From: Tubiluchus corallicola | Lineage: Eukaryota > Animalia > Priapulida | Direction of reading: 5' to 3' | Assembly: GCA_030141605.1 (NCBI GenBank) | Contig: JAQGDQ010000172.1 | Location: 1 to 64,000 of the forward strand | Length of the DNA: 64,000 bases | In this document: positions 24,701-39,700 of the stretch, piece after piece | Position numbering within the stretch: the first letter of the stretch is position 1 | Layout of the letters: each line of letters opens with the position of its first letter | The notes under the pieces: generated by a model | What the model saw: the letters and a program-made list of their open reading frames with translations, nothing else | Told to the model about the DNA's origin: nothing | Database searches by the model: none | Program-made: the position numbers and the translations under genes

Positions 24701-27700
24701 CATGGTAGCTAATAAAGGGGACCTTGTTAAGCCACCACGGAATGTGAAGTAAAGAATGAAGATGATAAGAGAAGAGGAGATAAAGAAGAGCTATGGTGCA
24801 GTTAGTAGAAAGAAAATGGAAAGAAAGAAGTAAAAAAAATAAGAAAACAATCACCATGTTCAGATTAGCTGCAAATGATTTTTGACAAACCCTCGGTGGA
24901 TGCTATATGACTGATACGAATCACCAGGCAAATAAATTGTTCACTATTAGACATAGGACAGAAATATTTGATGTTTCTGAGATTTTTTAAAAATACAAAT
25001 TTTTGTCTTATTAGTTTTTGTCTTTTAGAATTGGTGATGACACTGTTCTTCTACTGCAAGAAGTTGATAATGCACTTAAAGGATTACGAGAATGGGAAGA
25101 CGTAAAACGTGAGATCATACGCTTTCAATTTTTGTCAGACCATGCAAACAAAGTTTATCGCAATTATTTAGGTTAGTATCCAAAGCATCTTTAAATTTAT
25201 ATAATGGATTAATGAGATGTTTCATTTGTTTAAATTATTAGCATAAATTGTACTTTTTAAAGAGTGATTTGCCTGATGACCAAATTACCTTATTCATACT
25301 GTGTAACATAACATTTAAAGATGTGGACACACTCATTTCAGTTTTGTTAGTTTTAAAACTGGCACTTCATTTTCAATTATTAAAAAATATCATATACAAC
25401 TAGAAGGGCAGTGTTTTGTAATGTGATAATTAATTGATAGTGTGCCATAAGTTCTTTTTTTTATTTTTACAGATCCTGCTTTTGATAATGTGGTAGCAAA
25501 TAGTGCAACACTTTCCGATATAATTCAGGAGTTTGCAAATTTATCAGCATCTGTTGCCCAACAAGCTTTCTGGTCTGTATTTATCTCTCCCAAGCCAATT
25601 TTAGCTGCTCTAGAACCACAGTCTTATAGTAATTTGTGCACCAATGCAAGTTTGAAGGATGTGTTTGAATTTGACAACAGAGACACCGCTGCACAAGAGT
25701 TGACTCAAAAGCTGTGTGAGCACATCTCAGAGATTAGAGAAGAGCTTTTTGGAAATGAAACTATGCAGGAATACTATAAACTGGTATCGTTTTTGGAATT
25801 ATGTCTTACTTTAAAAGGAATTATTGTCTATATTTTTAAATATTCCCGTATCTTATATACATGTATGTGATAGAAACTATCTAGATTCTAAATTCATTTA
25901 CCAGATTCTAAATTCATTTGCTACATTGAAAAACACCATCCATTACTTGGCTTATCTTTAATGGCTGAAGTCAATGCAAAATACAGAGCTGGCACATGTA
26001 TGGCAGATTCTTTTACTAACTTCTACACAGTTAGTTTGTTAGTACCACTTTTGTGTTAACTATTAGAATGCGCTTGTGTTTTGTTTAACACCAACTTATA
26101 TAACCTAATAACATGTATGCAATGTGTACATATGCCACACAGTACAGATTAGAGACTTGATTGACTGCTAGTTTTCTTTAGAACCTTTAGTCATTCTATT
26201 TCTATTGTGATAATTTAATACATTTATCTGTCTCATTTATATCATGAATATGGAAATAAATGCACATTTTGAATTTGAATCTGAATTTAGTCGAGGTTTA
26301 TTGGCTCTGATTGCTAATTGGCTAAGTGAAGATATGAAAAGCTATGAATTGCAAAATTTTTGCAGCCTTTAACAAAAAATGCAGGAGTTTCCAATCCTGT
26401 GCATTACCATGTTATTCTTTGCCCTAGTTCAGTAATTCTGTTAAAAGAGCCATGTTATATAACTTTAAGAACTAAAACTACATATGTGTGTACTGATTTT
26501 TTTATGTTCTGTTTAAATAGCAGAATAACTTTTCTTTCGCTATATTAGTTGGATGGTACTCTTAATACCACGTTCGTGAAAGTCAATTGGACAAGTGTTG
26601 TTAAGAGCATAACTGAGTACTCTGACTATTCCGACATGGGTAATTCTGTTCAAAAGCTGTTGCAGTTTCTTTCTAAGGTATTTGCAAGATTTTTTTTGTG
26701 ATGAAACTATAGATTAGTTGCCATTATCAAATCAGAAGAGAAGAAACATTCCATTCAGAAACTTTGGCTTGGAAAAAACAAATTAAAATTCAACAGGCAT
26801 TTTTCCAAAGTAAACCTATTTGTGACGTTGTCAACACTTGAATGCTGTCACACTTATTCCAGATTTGTTAAACTGAATAACTCATACATTTGCCAGGGTT
26901 TTTTTTGAACTTTTTCATTAATTATTAATTTCAAATATTTTGCAGATAGTTGCAACTGCAGCTGCTTCTATTCTTAAGCAAATCAAACTTACTAACGATT
27001 TTTTTCATGTTTTTAGGTTAACACATCGATTTTGAGAGAGGCTGTTCAACAGTATGACCTTTACTATCAGCCAGTTAAATCAGAGTAAGTACTTAACATT
27101 TTGTATGTAATAACATATACATGTATCTGACATTTTATAGATTAGAAGTATGTGTAAACATTTATATTGCATCATTAGTTAACAACAGTAAAAAATATTT
27201 AGTTTTAATTACGTAAATTGGTCATATTCATAGTAATTTTATGGTATCAGTAGTATTTTTTGTAGTGCACAGAATTGTCAGAAAAAATATAATTACCTGT
27301 CTTATAGCAGCTGGTATTCTTTGCAGTCCATATCACTAGCTAACAAAGATTCAAAGCACTGATATTTGATAAGCTGTAGACATGCATTTATGTAGTGATG
27401 ATCCATTTTCATTTGCGTCATTAGTTACCGAATTGTGGCATTTGTCTCTTCATTATTATTTATGCTCAATTTTTCATAATTTTAGGGATTTGCTGAAACG
27501 ACTAGATGAGATTATTCCTAACGTAGCAAAACATTTTCAATCCGTGAATAGGACGAATCAAGTTTACGACTATGCTAAACTGGCTAGTCGCAGTCTTGCT
27601 GTGCTTGTGCATGTAATGAATGAAAAGCTAAATGATCTAATAGGTAATACCGCACGTAATAGAAATGTTATTAAAATTATTTCTGTGCAGAATGCATTTT

Positions 27701-30700
27701 CATACAGCTAAAATGAATTATTCTACTTATTTTGTTTGCTTTATAAAGAGTAAATGGTATTTCCAGTTATGTGTAGCATCAAATATTCTATCAAATCTAG
27801 CTTAACACAGCACTAACGATTTTTAATTAATATGTACGTATATTTAGATACAGTGATTATGTTTTGTTAGTAGTAGTAAAAATTTTATTTGCTGTCGAAT
27901 TTTTAAATTTACAACAAGTTAAAGGCACTTTTGTGTTTTGATATTAGATTTGTTGATTTTGGTATTATATCTATATGAAATCGAATCTGTGATTGATATC
28001 ATTTGATGCTCTTCACCAGGTATAAATAATATGCAATGTATGTTATGAGTACTTATCGAAAATTTATTGTTAACCAACTATTTGATGTTAATGTCTCAGG
28101 ATAACTTGTTTTACACGTGTAACTAAATAGTAATGATAATATTTTGTTCCTGGAAGTACATTGAAACAAATCTTAATGATGTCAAAGTGACTGTGATAGA
28201 AATGCTAACGTTAAAATGAATGACCCAGTTAACAAATGGACTGTTTTCTTCAGGTACAGATGTTGTAATTGAGAATTTATTGGAATCTGACGAACTGAAC
28301 AAACTACTGACAGATGAGCAGAATGAACCTGGTATTATGCATGTGCTTCTCTATAATACAGTAAATTTTCATTTGGTAAGTTTTTATTGCAAAATGAGTG
28401 TTACTTAGTTTTGTTCAGTTGACTGCTCCTACTTCTCTACTTAATTATTAATCTAATCTTACGAACAGCTAGTTATATGTATTTAAATTCACTGTGTTGT
28501 TAGGCAAAACAAGGTATGCCATGAGCAAGATAGTAAGTTTAAATGACCTCTTAACAGTATGTTCTGTTCTCAGAATTTACCACTTAATTTTTTCGGGCAA
28601 CTTTTGACTTGAATCTCATTAAATGGTGCCTAGCTGTTATTTGTGTTGTTCTGTTTATGTTTCTGTGAGTTAATTTACTTCATTAGGTGTGGAAGTTTTT
28701 GCCTGTGCTTATTTTGGGGAAGAGGTGTCAGAATACGTGTCACTTGCCATCGATTCTTCTTAGCGTTACCAGCATTGAAATTAGTTTGTGTAATTTAAAA
28801 GAAAGACCAAGCCTTCTGGGAAGTTAGGCATATTTCAATGTTCACGAAAAATGTCAGAAACATTTAGTAATAAAAGTATGATAAGTGCCTTATGCAATTA
28901 GTAAAATCACTTTAATGTTGTGATCATTTAATGCTTGGGCGCTCCCATTTTGAACATCCATTTTTTCACTAATGACATAATTTATTGATTGAGGAAAGCA
29001 GCACATTGTCAATTTCTGTCAAATGTGCAACAAGTTTTTATACAAAATTAATTAGCTAATTTCACGATATTTTAGCGTGAACATCAGGTAAACTATCCAT
29101 TAATTCCACAAACACACCCAAAAATACTATTAGGTTTTGGAAACAGGCGGAATTGGGCAACATGACAATATGGGTCTTTGCTAAAGATGCCTCCACCAGG
29201 GCCTACAAAACCAGATTATTTCACAGTATTGGGTGCAAAGTCACAAGTCCATTGTTAATTTGTTATAATGTCATCCATTATTCTGTGGTTAAAGACAGCT
29301 TATAAGCTGGCTTTGTTATGTGAGAATTGTATATCTGTCAGCTAACAGTTGCTATGTAGAACATTTGCACATTGTTGATGAGTAGTATTTTTTGCTGGTT
29401 TTTGGCTAATTTTAAATTAATTTTTCAGGTGGACACTCTAGCAAAAGTAAATGAGCTGCTCAATAAAACATTTACTGATGTTTGCAATGATACTGATCTG
29501 TTTTCATCACTTTTTCTGCTGCCTCCCAATGCGTCAGTTGATATGCAAGATGTTCATGAGTATGTTTGCAATCAGGTGAATTGGAACAAACTTTACAAAG
29601 AAATACAGGAATCAATGACACCTCCAGAAGTTTCTGATTTGGTAGGTTGTTTACAACACGACCAGACGGAATAATGAAACTTTGTGAAATATTCTGTGAG
29701 GCACCAACTGAGTTAAATAGTAGAACCTATAATCTCTTTTTACTGCAGTTGCTATTTACATAATTTCCTTCAAGTTTTTGCTACCAGATGTGAATTATTT
29801 GGGCTATTCCAATCATGGCTTTATCGCCATAAATACATATTATCACTTATTGTAAAATCTAAAACTTTATTATAATTGTGACTTACATTGTTCGGCAAGA
29901 AATGGTTTGAGTAATACAAATTATTTCTTATTTTTAGATCGTAAGCACATCATCTTAAGTTTTTGAGGTACTGTATCAACCTTGTTTTCATGAATAACAC
30001 CTGTACTTATATGTAATGATCTATTGTTGCAATCACTTCTTAATTATAGGTTCGTTGGTGGATGGGGGACAGCTCTCCTTCTGAAGGAATGAACTTAACA
30101 TTGACTTATAAAGACTTTCAGTCTCTAGTGGACCATTTTTTGGAGATTAGAAAAAATCCACCCAACTTCTTTTTAAATATAACCCAGATTTATGTTAATA
30201 ATGACCAAAAATATCAAGAAATTTTTAGCACATTTCGACGGATGGCCAGCACAATGTTTATGAATAACAGGTAATTTTTTAAAATAGAAAGTATAATCTT
30301 ACTTGTTAGACTTTAATATTGTCTTTCTTGTTTTCAGATTGAAGTTAAGTGTGTGGCTGTGAAGTTGTGATTTACTTAGAGTTGTTTTGTGATACATTGC
30401 ACTCTGTCTGTATATACTGTATATAGGCATTGGACTGAATGTGTCAAATAATGCTAATTTTCAAGCTTAGTAATCAGAGAGCAAAGAACCTTGACCTAAT
30501 ACCATTTTCTACTTTTTACGAGGAGAAAATAGCGAGAACATCAGCCGTAACATTAAATTAAATTAAGATTAAAATCAATTTGTTTATTAATTCTGCAGTA
30601 GGAACAAGCAGTCATGGAATATGATACAATGTTATGACAGTATACAGTTTGTAGTGTGCAGTTAACAGCAAGATCCTGTAAGAATCGAGATTGTGTTTTT

Positions 30701-33700
30701 TAATACGTTATAAATTTTATTTTTAATTTGTTGGTAACAGCAGAATGTTATTATCTATGTGACTTTTGTCCAATCTTTGGCATTGATTAACTTTCGTTTG
30801 AGCATCTGTTGTAGGTCTTTGCCTATTTTGGGCAATTTTACTTCATTAAAAATTTTGTATTTTCTTTAGACTTGCGCTTTAACATAGAAATTTCGAGTTT
30901 TGAATTTCTAATGTTTGCGGTGCTTTTAGCTGTGATCATATAAAGTATGGCAGCTATTTTTCTGTTTAATGTAATTTTTGTAAATTGAATATTTAACTCG
31001 GCAGCTACTATCTCGAGTCAAAAATTTCCATTACAGCCTTGCTGTTTCAGTACCTTACTTACCAAACTTATACATTATCAATGTTTCCTAATTTTTTTTA
31101 TTGATTTGGTTATGTTTATTAAAGTGAATTTATATTCTTGACATCATTTTAACTAATGTTGTATGTCTTTTGCCAGTTATCATCTTCAAAAGTTACAGCA
31201 AGAGCTGGTTGACTTTGATCAAATGCTGCTACGTCATCGGGAGTTTGCTATACCCGATGCAGTGTGGAATTTGACTATATTAGCTGAACAAACTCTCAAT
31301 GTTGCAATAAATGCACTGAAAGAAACAGCAGAAAACATGACAGGTATTCTTGTCCTTGTCCTTACTAAAACACAAATTGACTGTCAATCAAATGTAAGTT
31401 ACGTAATACATAATTTATAGTAAATTTTATCTGGTATAATAACGATAAATCTGTATAGTTTATTCCTGTTTTATGCAGTGGTATTTGTAGTGCATATTAC
31501 TTGTAATGATATTGTTTTATGTCAGATGCTAATCTGTAAACTCTCTTGTTGTTTTTGTCATGCACTTTGCTATTATTGCTAGCAATGGTTATGTTTAACT
31601 GGTTATGTAACTGTTTTTTATGCATGTGTGTTTGTAATTTATTAGTATTAACTTGTTATGTAACATAAACAAAAAAGGAGTTTTATAATAGTAACAATGT
31701 CGATGAAGAGACAATGACAGTAGCAGTAGCAACAAAACGACAACAGCAATAAAACAACAAATGTAACAATGACAACAACAAAGATGATGACGAGAACAAC
31801 AAAAACATCAAGCAAGAAACAAACATAGAAGAACAACAACAACAGCAGCAACAGTAATGACAACAGAAAGAAAAACAGCAGCAGTAACAACAACAACAGC
31901 AACAACAATAACGACAGCAGTAACAAAAACAGCAGCAGCAGCAATGATGACCGCATCGGTGGTGACGAAGACGACATTGGCAACAAATTTAATTGTCAAG
32001 TCAACACACATCATTTGCTCCATTCTCAGCACAAGTTCACTTGCGTGTCATCAGGAGACTAGAACCTGATCAGTTATCCTACCCATTTCGGTTAATTGCG
32101 GCCAGATGTACACCATCACATAACAATAATATGACAGCTGAATAACAATGACAACGAAGACGATCAGGGTGAAGATGGTTAAGTGTCTTCCAAATTAAAC
32201 TAGTGTCCAGCCTTGTGTAATCAAGTTAGACGAACAACACTTTTTTGTGCAACTTCTTAAATCTTGTTGTTTCCCTTTTCATTTCGGTTGCTAATGCACT
32301 TTAATTTTCAGGTGGCAATGTGCTTGTGGACAATTTGGTTAAATCAGAAGAACTGGACAAAGTTATAAGAAGTTGGCAGTTGCAGCCTGACATCTTTGCA
32401 GTATTTCTCTACAGCTTGTTACATTACCCTTCAGTAAGTTTGTCATTTTTGTAGCTTTCCTGAATGCCTTTGTGTTATCGTGTCATATCTTCTGCTTCTA
32501 AAAGTATTGGCATTTTTATTGTTGTTTTTATCTTTAATACATTTCTTTAAGATTTGAATATCAAAATACAATACTACTTCTAAAACCATTGATGCTGCAA
32601 AATACACATTTGGTTCAAGCAGTGAAAAGAAATTTCTTTTCCATTTTCTGGAAATACACAGAGAGCATTATATACATATCTTTTGTTCTGCATTTATTGC
32701 TAATATACATTATTTGAGTATAAATGATTGTGTTCATCTAGACTGCGAAAAACTGTATTACCAGAATCAGAAATATAGGAAGTACTTGTGGGGAACAAAT
32801 AGGACTGTTAAAATATATATTGGCGCCCTGCTTCATTTCGAGAATTCCTGAAAGCACGTGAGTTAGTAAATTTATAAAAGGACACAATTCAAATGAAAAC
32901 TGGATAGTGCTTTTATAAATCTTATGAATCCCTGTGTGTTAAAATCAGAAAGTTATTTCCTAATTAAGTATTTTACTATTTCACTTTAATAATTCATGTT
33001 GTTTGTATTGAAAGAGAAAGTATTACATTATCCTTATGGTTTTTGAAATGCGTTTTAAAATCATTTCGTCATTATTTATATTATATTAAAACATTTCATG
33101 TTCTGTAATATTTTATTGTATTATATTTTTAAATACATGGTGTCGTTATTTTGATTTTTTAGCCTGGCACTTTTGGACAAGTTTCTAACATTACTACACT
33201 GTCCAACATATGCAATGAGACTAACGTTTTCTCGTCAGTTGTACAGTTACCTCCCAATTCTACAGTTGACATTGAAACTGTGCAAGATTACTTCTGTAAT
33301 CAAGTGAATTGGACTAAGCTTTACATAGAAGTTTTGGATTCAGTAACACCAAAAGATGTTGACGATGTAGTAAGTGATATAGTGATATATAGTGATATAG
33401 TTAGCTAAATATTTATCGAAACTGTTGCAACAATTTTTTTATTAATGCTAATGTGATAAGCACTACTTCAGATCGATCTGATTTGGTTTTTGTGATATGA
33501 CGGGAAACTAAGTTTATTTTATTTCTGATACTAACACAAAATCATATATTTTAGCTCTTTAAATTAGTTTTGTCTGAGAGTTGAAACGGTTGTTATAATT
33601 TTTTTTGTGAACGTGAATTCTGTAGCTGGAGTACTGTGATCGGTTATCTGGGAAATCACTGTATACTAGTGAAGGAAATTCCAAGGTCACAACTTGACAG

Positions 33701-36700
33701 TTCTTTAATCTTGCTAAATGTTAAAAAATGCAATCAGACATCTTTTGATTGATGTTTAATTTACAAGTTATTATGCGCAAGACCGAGATTTACTAGTCCA
33801 ACTAAATCCTTGATTTGTCCTGTTCCATTTTTTTTTGTGCATGCAGAATTTGCGTTATTCCTTATACGATGAAAGTCTCCGAAATAGTAATACTTTTTTT
33901 AAGAAAAGATGAACAATAAGGTAATCAAGCCTTCACTCAGAAAAAAATCATGACCTCATAATAAATATATTGTATGTATACTTATCTTGTTGGTGATTAA
34001 AATAACGAATAAATATGGTTATTAATAAGTGATTACAGTGTGCAGTTGTGCATACAAGATTATTCTATAAGGATAAAATAAACAATTGCCAAAGTATAAG
34101 TTATAGTATGTTATAAATCATTAAATTTGTTTATCATATTAATCATATCCTCATATTTAACTTTTTAATACATTATAAAATCTCATTATGTGAGAAATAG
34201 TTCACGAAATCTCTGTAAAATTAACAATATGCTGCACGTATTATTTATATTCTTGTATGAAATGTTTGACTTATTCACATTGGTTTAGGGTAATAAAGTA
34301 GATAATAGATGTACTTCATTTAGGAATAAATTTAATTCTGCTGCAAAAGGACTGGTTCTTAACAAGTCTTTGATAAAAGCTGCTCTCTAGTTACAAAAAT
34401 CAGGAAGCAACACAATGAGCACATTAATTTTTTTTTTTTGCTGTATTAACTACTGGAAATGGGGAGGGGTGGGTTACAACAAAATGCATTACTGGATTAT
34501 AATTTATGGCGCAGTCCAACTTCCCCTTTTAGCACATTTATGGGAGGGGTTTTCCTAGCTTTTGTATTCCATGTATTTTTTCATATGCGTTTTAAATAAG
34601 TCACTGATGATAATAGTTTCAGAGGTGGTAATAAATTCATTTATTGAATTTCAGGTGAAGCAATGGACTGGTGAAATGGCATTTGTCCCAGACAGGCCAT
34701 TAAACCTGACAACTACACTTGTTAATCTACTGTCAATGGTTCAAAAGTTTCTGGAACTTGAGAAGAACTTGCCAATGTTTTCTTCAGGTTTACCCCAAAT
34801 TGTGTTTGACAATGATAAGAGGTATCAAGAAATTTGGGCCGAGTTCCAGCTTATGGCTACAAACATGTTTATAAACAGAAGGTGACGAGAATTTAGAAAT
34901 TAACAATTTGTTTGTGTTATCATTTTGTCATTTTTCAGATACTATCATTTGATTCTGACTCGGACTGTTGACTCAATTTGACTCAAAAGTTGTAGTATTA
35001 TTCTTTGTTGAATGCGTATGCTTTTTTGTGTTGAGAAGTAGATTCTAAACGTCTAGGAAATGCGTTTTGTAGTGTGTGATTTCGTGATTTTGTAGCAGGT
35101 TCCTTTGTTGTTCAAAATAATTAAAAAACATGCATTATGTAGGCTGCTCTAGAAGAAAAAATGTTCCAGAAATATGGTGATATGCATATATTGGAGTGTA
35201 CAAAAAAGTTATCTATTAGGAAAATTGAAATCATGCAAATGTAATGTAATCTTCCATTATTTAGATTTCGTGATGCAGAATTCTAGGTTGATTTAGAACA
35301 AAAACAGCAAGTGTTATGCAAAAGCATTCAGCCTGATGAACTTGAGTCACATCATACCTGTTTATGTTTACAACTTAAGACACATGCTTCCAGTAGTATA
35401 ATCTTTTGCTGTATGACTCACTGGTGTTCTTTCTTTTGTTTTTGTTTTAACTTGAAAATCAAGTTTGCCACATTGTATGATTAGATTTTTATCATGTATT
35501 CTAGACATCGAATTGAAGATATCCATCGAGAATTCCGCATCTTGGAAGAAATTCTGTTGCAGTACAAGCAGGCTATGCCAGAGCGGGTGTGGAACTACAC
35601 GAATTTGGCTTTACGTACTATTAGCGTGACGGCAAGTGCGATAAAGGAGACAGCTAAGAATATTACAGGTAAGCTATACGTGACAGTGTTGAAACCTTTC
35701 AAGAGGAGACTAAAAAATGACTGACATGTACTAATCATGCTTACCAATGTACTCAAGTGGGGTATAATAGTTGTAAATTGGAAAAAACGGCAGCTGTTAT
35801 ATTCATATTAATTGTTAATGTCAAACGTTAAAAATTAGAGAATCGCCTAAATTTTAACAATTGCTATTGAGAAGTTTGACATTTTCTCAATCTGTAAGTG
35901 TTATTAAAAATTTTTCCATGAGTTCTTTTCCTTGTAAAATTTTTTACTTTATTAGAATATGGTTACATTTTTAGGTGCTAATGTTCTCGTAGAAAACTTG
36001 GTGAAGTCTGAAGAATTAGACAAGGTTTTGACTAGCATGCAGAGAGAGCCAGATATTGTCCGCGTTGTTCTGTACAATCTCTTACAGTTTCCATCTGTGA
36101 GTGTTTTTAGTTCGCAACATGTGTTTTTGCTTATCATATTTTAATTAAGAAGATGAGCAGATCACCATATTCTTGATATCAGTTGCAAATACATTCAACC
36201 TTGTTCCTGTTTTCTATTTTGAGTAAAAATATTCAGCAACTAATTACCAAAGTTCCTTTTGCTCCATTATATTGACTGCCAAGTTGACTATATGTTTTTA
36301 TGGTGTCTTTGGTGCTGGGAATTTTACATTTCAGAAAATGATCAATAAATTTTAGTGAAGCGTAATGTATGCAGTTCACTGTACTGTGTACAGGGAGTTG
36401 TTTTTTGTATGAAATTGTGGAGAAGTGGATACAGACAAAGCAGCAACAACAGCAGCAGCAGCACAATTATTTATTTTTTGTAACACCACAATTATTTCTG
36501 TTTGTAAAAGTTGATAGCTAAACAGTGTAACTGTAAGAAATTCAATTTATTATAAAGTTACCTGAATTGTTATTCTTGATATTTTCAAATTTCTTATAGG
36601 AAGAAGCTTTTGATGAGTTTTCTAACATTACGACCCTGTCTAATATGTGCTCTGGTACTAACGTGTTTGAAGCATTCATTGAGCTACCTCCTAATTCCAC

Positions 36701-39700
36701 GGTAGACATTAAGACCGTGCAAGATTACTTCTGTCAGCAAGTAAATTGGACAAAACTTTACATGGAAGTCATGGATTCAGTAACTCCGTCAGACATTAGA
36801 GAAGTTGTACGTATTTTTGTTTTTTGTTGGCTCAGTGCCTTGATTGCTGATGTTTGAATGTGATTTTCGTTTTATTTTCTGTGAGAGTATTTATAATTGT
36901 AGAAAGAATCTAATTATACTAGCAGAGTCTCACTAAATGTGAAATTCCCAAAAGCATCCTGCTGTTACATAGGTTCCATCACAAGTTTCCTAATTTTTTC
37001 TAGGTTATAAAACCTACTAATATCATAATCTGCATATAACATAATGTTTTATGAGACCCTTTGATATATTTTTGTCTAAAATAAACCCATAGTGCAATTT
37101 ATGAATATTTGCTTGTTTAAATTTCTAAAGCAAGGCTTAGAAAATGTGCACTGTGTTCACTTTTGGTTAATCGAGCTGTTTAAATATTTATCTGTGCTTG
37201 TAGCTCCCAGTAATCATTAAGTCAGTTTTCATTGTTCGGAAAAACTGCAACAATTTACTGAAATTTCTTCTATCAAAGATTACTACAAGAAAACACGTAT
37301 AGTGCATATTAGAAATAAACACACATTCTGATGTCTGATGATCAAGAGAGACTCATACGTTACGTGCACTGGTTCTCTGTGGATCAAGCTTAACTTAATG
37401 ATGCAACAAAGTGAATTGTAAAGAAGGCACTGTGTTAAAGATGTTTGGTAAAATTGTTTTATCTGACACTAAAACACAGTAGAGCAATATTGTTTATTAT
37501 TATTTCAGGTACGTTTGTGGATGGATGGCTCTTTCGACGAGAGTATGATTAACATCACTTTACCTTTCTATGATATTGTTTCTACTATACAGTATCTTCT
37601 TGAACTCGAGAACCATCCTCCCAAGTTTTCCACGAATGTGACCGAGAGCTTATTCGATTATAAACGATATGAAGAGATATGGAATGAATTTCAGAGTATA
37701 TTTATTCCTGCATTTAATCAAGAAATGTAAGTGTGCCTTCAAACAAAACAAAATTTAAAGATTGGGAAATTAGAATCTTAACTGTGATAAATCTAAATTA
37801 AAAAATAATGTTTGTTTTACTGATCTTTGGTGACTTCGTGACAGTAACTCGTAATGTCATTCGTTTCGTGCAATGAAAAATGCTAGTTTTTCAAATTTAA
37901 TACGGCTAACAATGAAGTGATAAAAATCAAAAGAAACTAGTTTTATAGTAAGTTTATAATAAAATAAATTGAATATTCATAATTAGAGTAAGATTTTAAG
38001 TTGTAAAAGCTTATATTATAGTGAGGGTTTATTTTGAGTTTAACTATTATTATTAATTTTAGCAATGTTTTACTAAAATACTTATTCAAAAGCTTATATT
38101 ATAGTGAGGGTTTAGTTTAACTCTAACTATTATTATTAATTTTAGCAATGTTTTACTAAAATACTTATTCAGTATTGATGATTTCCAGGCATCTTCTTGA
38201 GCAGTTAGATGATTTGGCAGCAACTTTCGATAGTTTAATGCTCCAGCACGCATCTTCTGTTGACCCTCAAGCATGGAATTATGTTAAGCGAGCTTTACAC
38301 AGTATAAAAACATTGAGTGACACCTTAACTGACAAGGCATCTGAACTAACTGGTAGGCATGTAAATTTTTTTAAAGCTCAGTGTTTTGCCTGCATGCAAC
38401 CAAGTTCCTCCGCCTTGCCAACTACTCAGAAATCTATATGATTGTTTAGATTTACCACCCAATTTTTTGCAGCAAAAAAGCTAGACAATTTGCTGTCGTC
38501 AAACTTACATGGGTTGACTTGTTGATTTTCTTAGCAGTTATGAACAGTCAGACAAATTATATTGTCCCACCAATTTGAATTAACGTTGCCTATTGTCAAG
38601 GTTAATATTCTAAGACACAAAACTGAAACAGGGGAGGTGTTTTGGTCTCTTTCACATATGTATACAACTGCCTTCAGTAGGAGAAATAACTGGATACAAA
38701 TAGTTTGCTTGGTTTCATTTTTTACTTGTGTAAATCGGTGATTTAAATCTACTCGCATATCTGTCATTTGTGTTCTAATTTATTAACTTTGTCGACATGA
38801 TTTCATACTTTAGTTGTGGCCACTCTAGGCAGTCAGCTTGTGTAAACATGTGGTTAGTCTAGAAAGAAAAACTGACAACTTGATTTAGTTGTTTTATCTA
38901 ACATGTAGCTACTGGCTTTAAATAACATGTAGAATCATACAATGTGTTTGTTCTGCAAGAAAATGTCACTTGCTACAGTAAAAGTAAGGAAATTTGTCTA
39001 TATAAATGTGTGAAAACTTTTCGTCGTTGATATTTTTATCATTAAATTTTAATCTTTTGTTGGCTTAAGTGGTTTCTATTAAAGAATTCTTTTTAGAGTT
39101 TAATTTATTAAATTTTAATAAAAATGAAAGGGCTGTAATGATACAAATCTTATATTATTTGGTGACTATTATTCGTTAATATGCTTAATGTTTAGGTGCT
39201 CATGTTCTTGTTGAGAAATTAGTGAAATCTGAAACACTAGATGACGTTGTGGAGAGCTTGGAAGGTGAATCAGTAAAAGTGGGAGTATTGCTGTACAATC
39301 TACTTCATCGCCCGGTATATTTACCATGTTATATAAATTTATGCTTTTATGCTGTATTGCTACTAACACCTAATTTGGCAATTGATTTAAGCTCTTATAA
39401 TCGATTTGAGATTTCATTCTCGGCGTTGATTATTTTTTCAGCTTTTCTTATGCAAATCACTACTGATGCTATTTTAAATTTGTTTCCCCGATAATTCACA
39501 AATATCGTATGACGATTCGAATTCTTTATGTAGCCATCGTAAAGGTATCGTTGCAATAAAATCAAGTAAAATTGCACTATCTTTGCACAAAAATTTCTCA
39601 TAACCAGAAATACATGGTTTTCGTGTACATCTGCTTTCTGGTGAAATCGCAGTAAATAGCCTGGAAAATAGCGATTATAATTAACTATCAAATTTGTTTC

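Noticed and set aside
31648-32069. Poly-Leu, poly-Val and Thr/Ala mucin-like ORFs
   Set aside because: Translations of the (AAC/AGC)n microsatellite; no splice sites fit the phase chain.
32040-32110. B-box-like motif suggesting a tRNA or tRNA-derived SINE
   Set aside because: No cloverleaf or A box is discernible; too degenerate.
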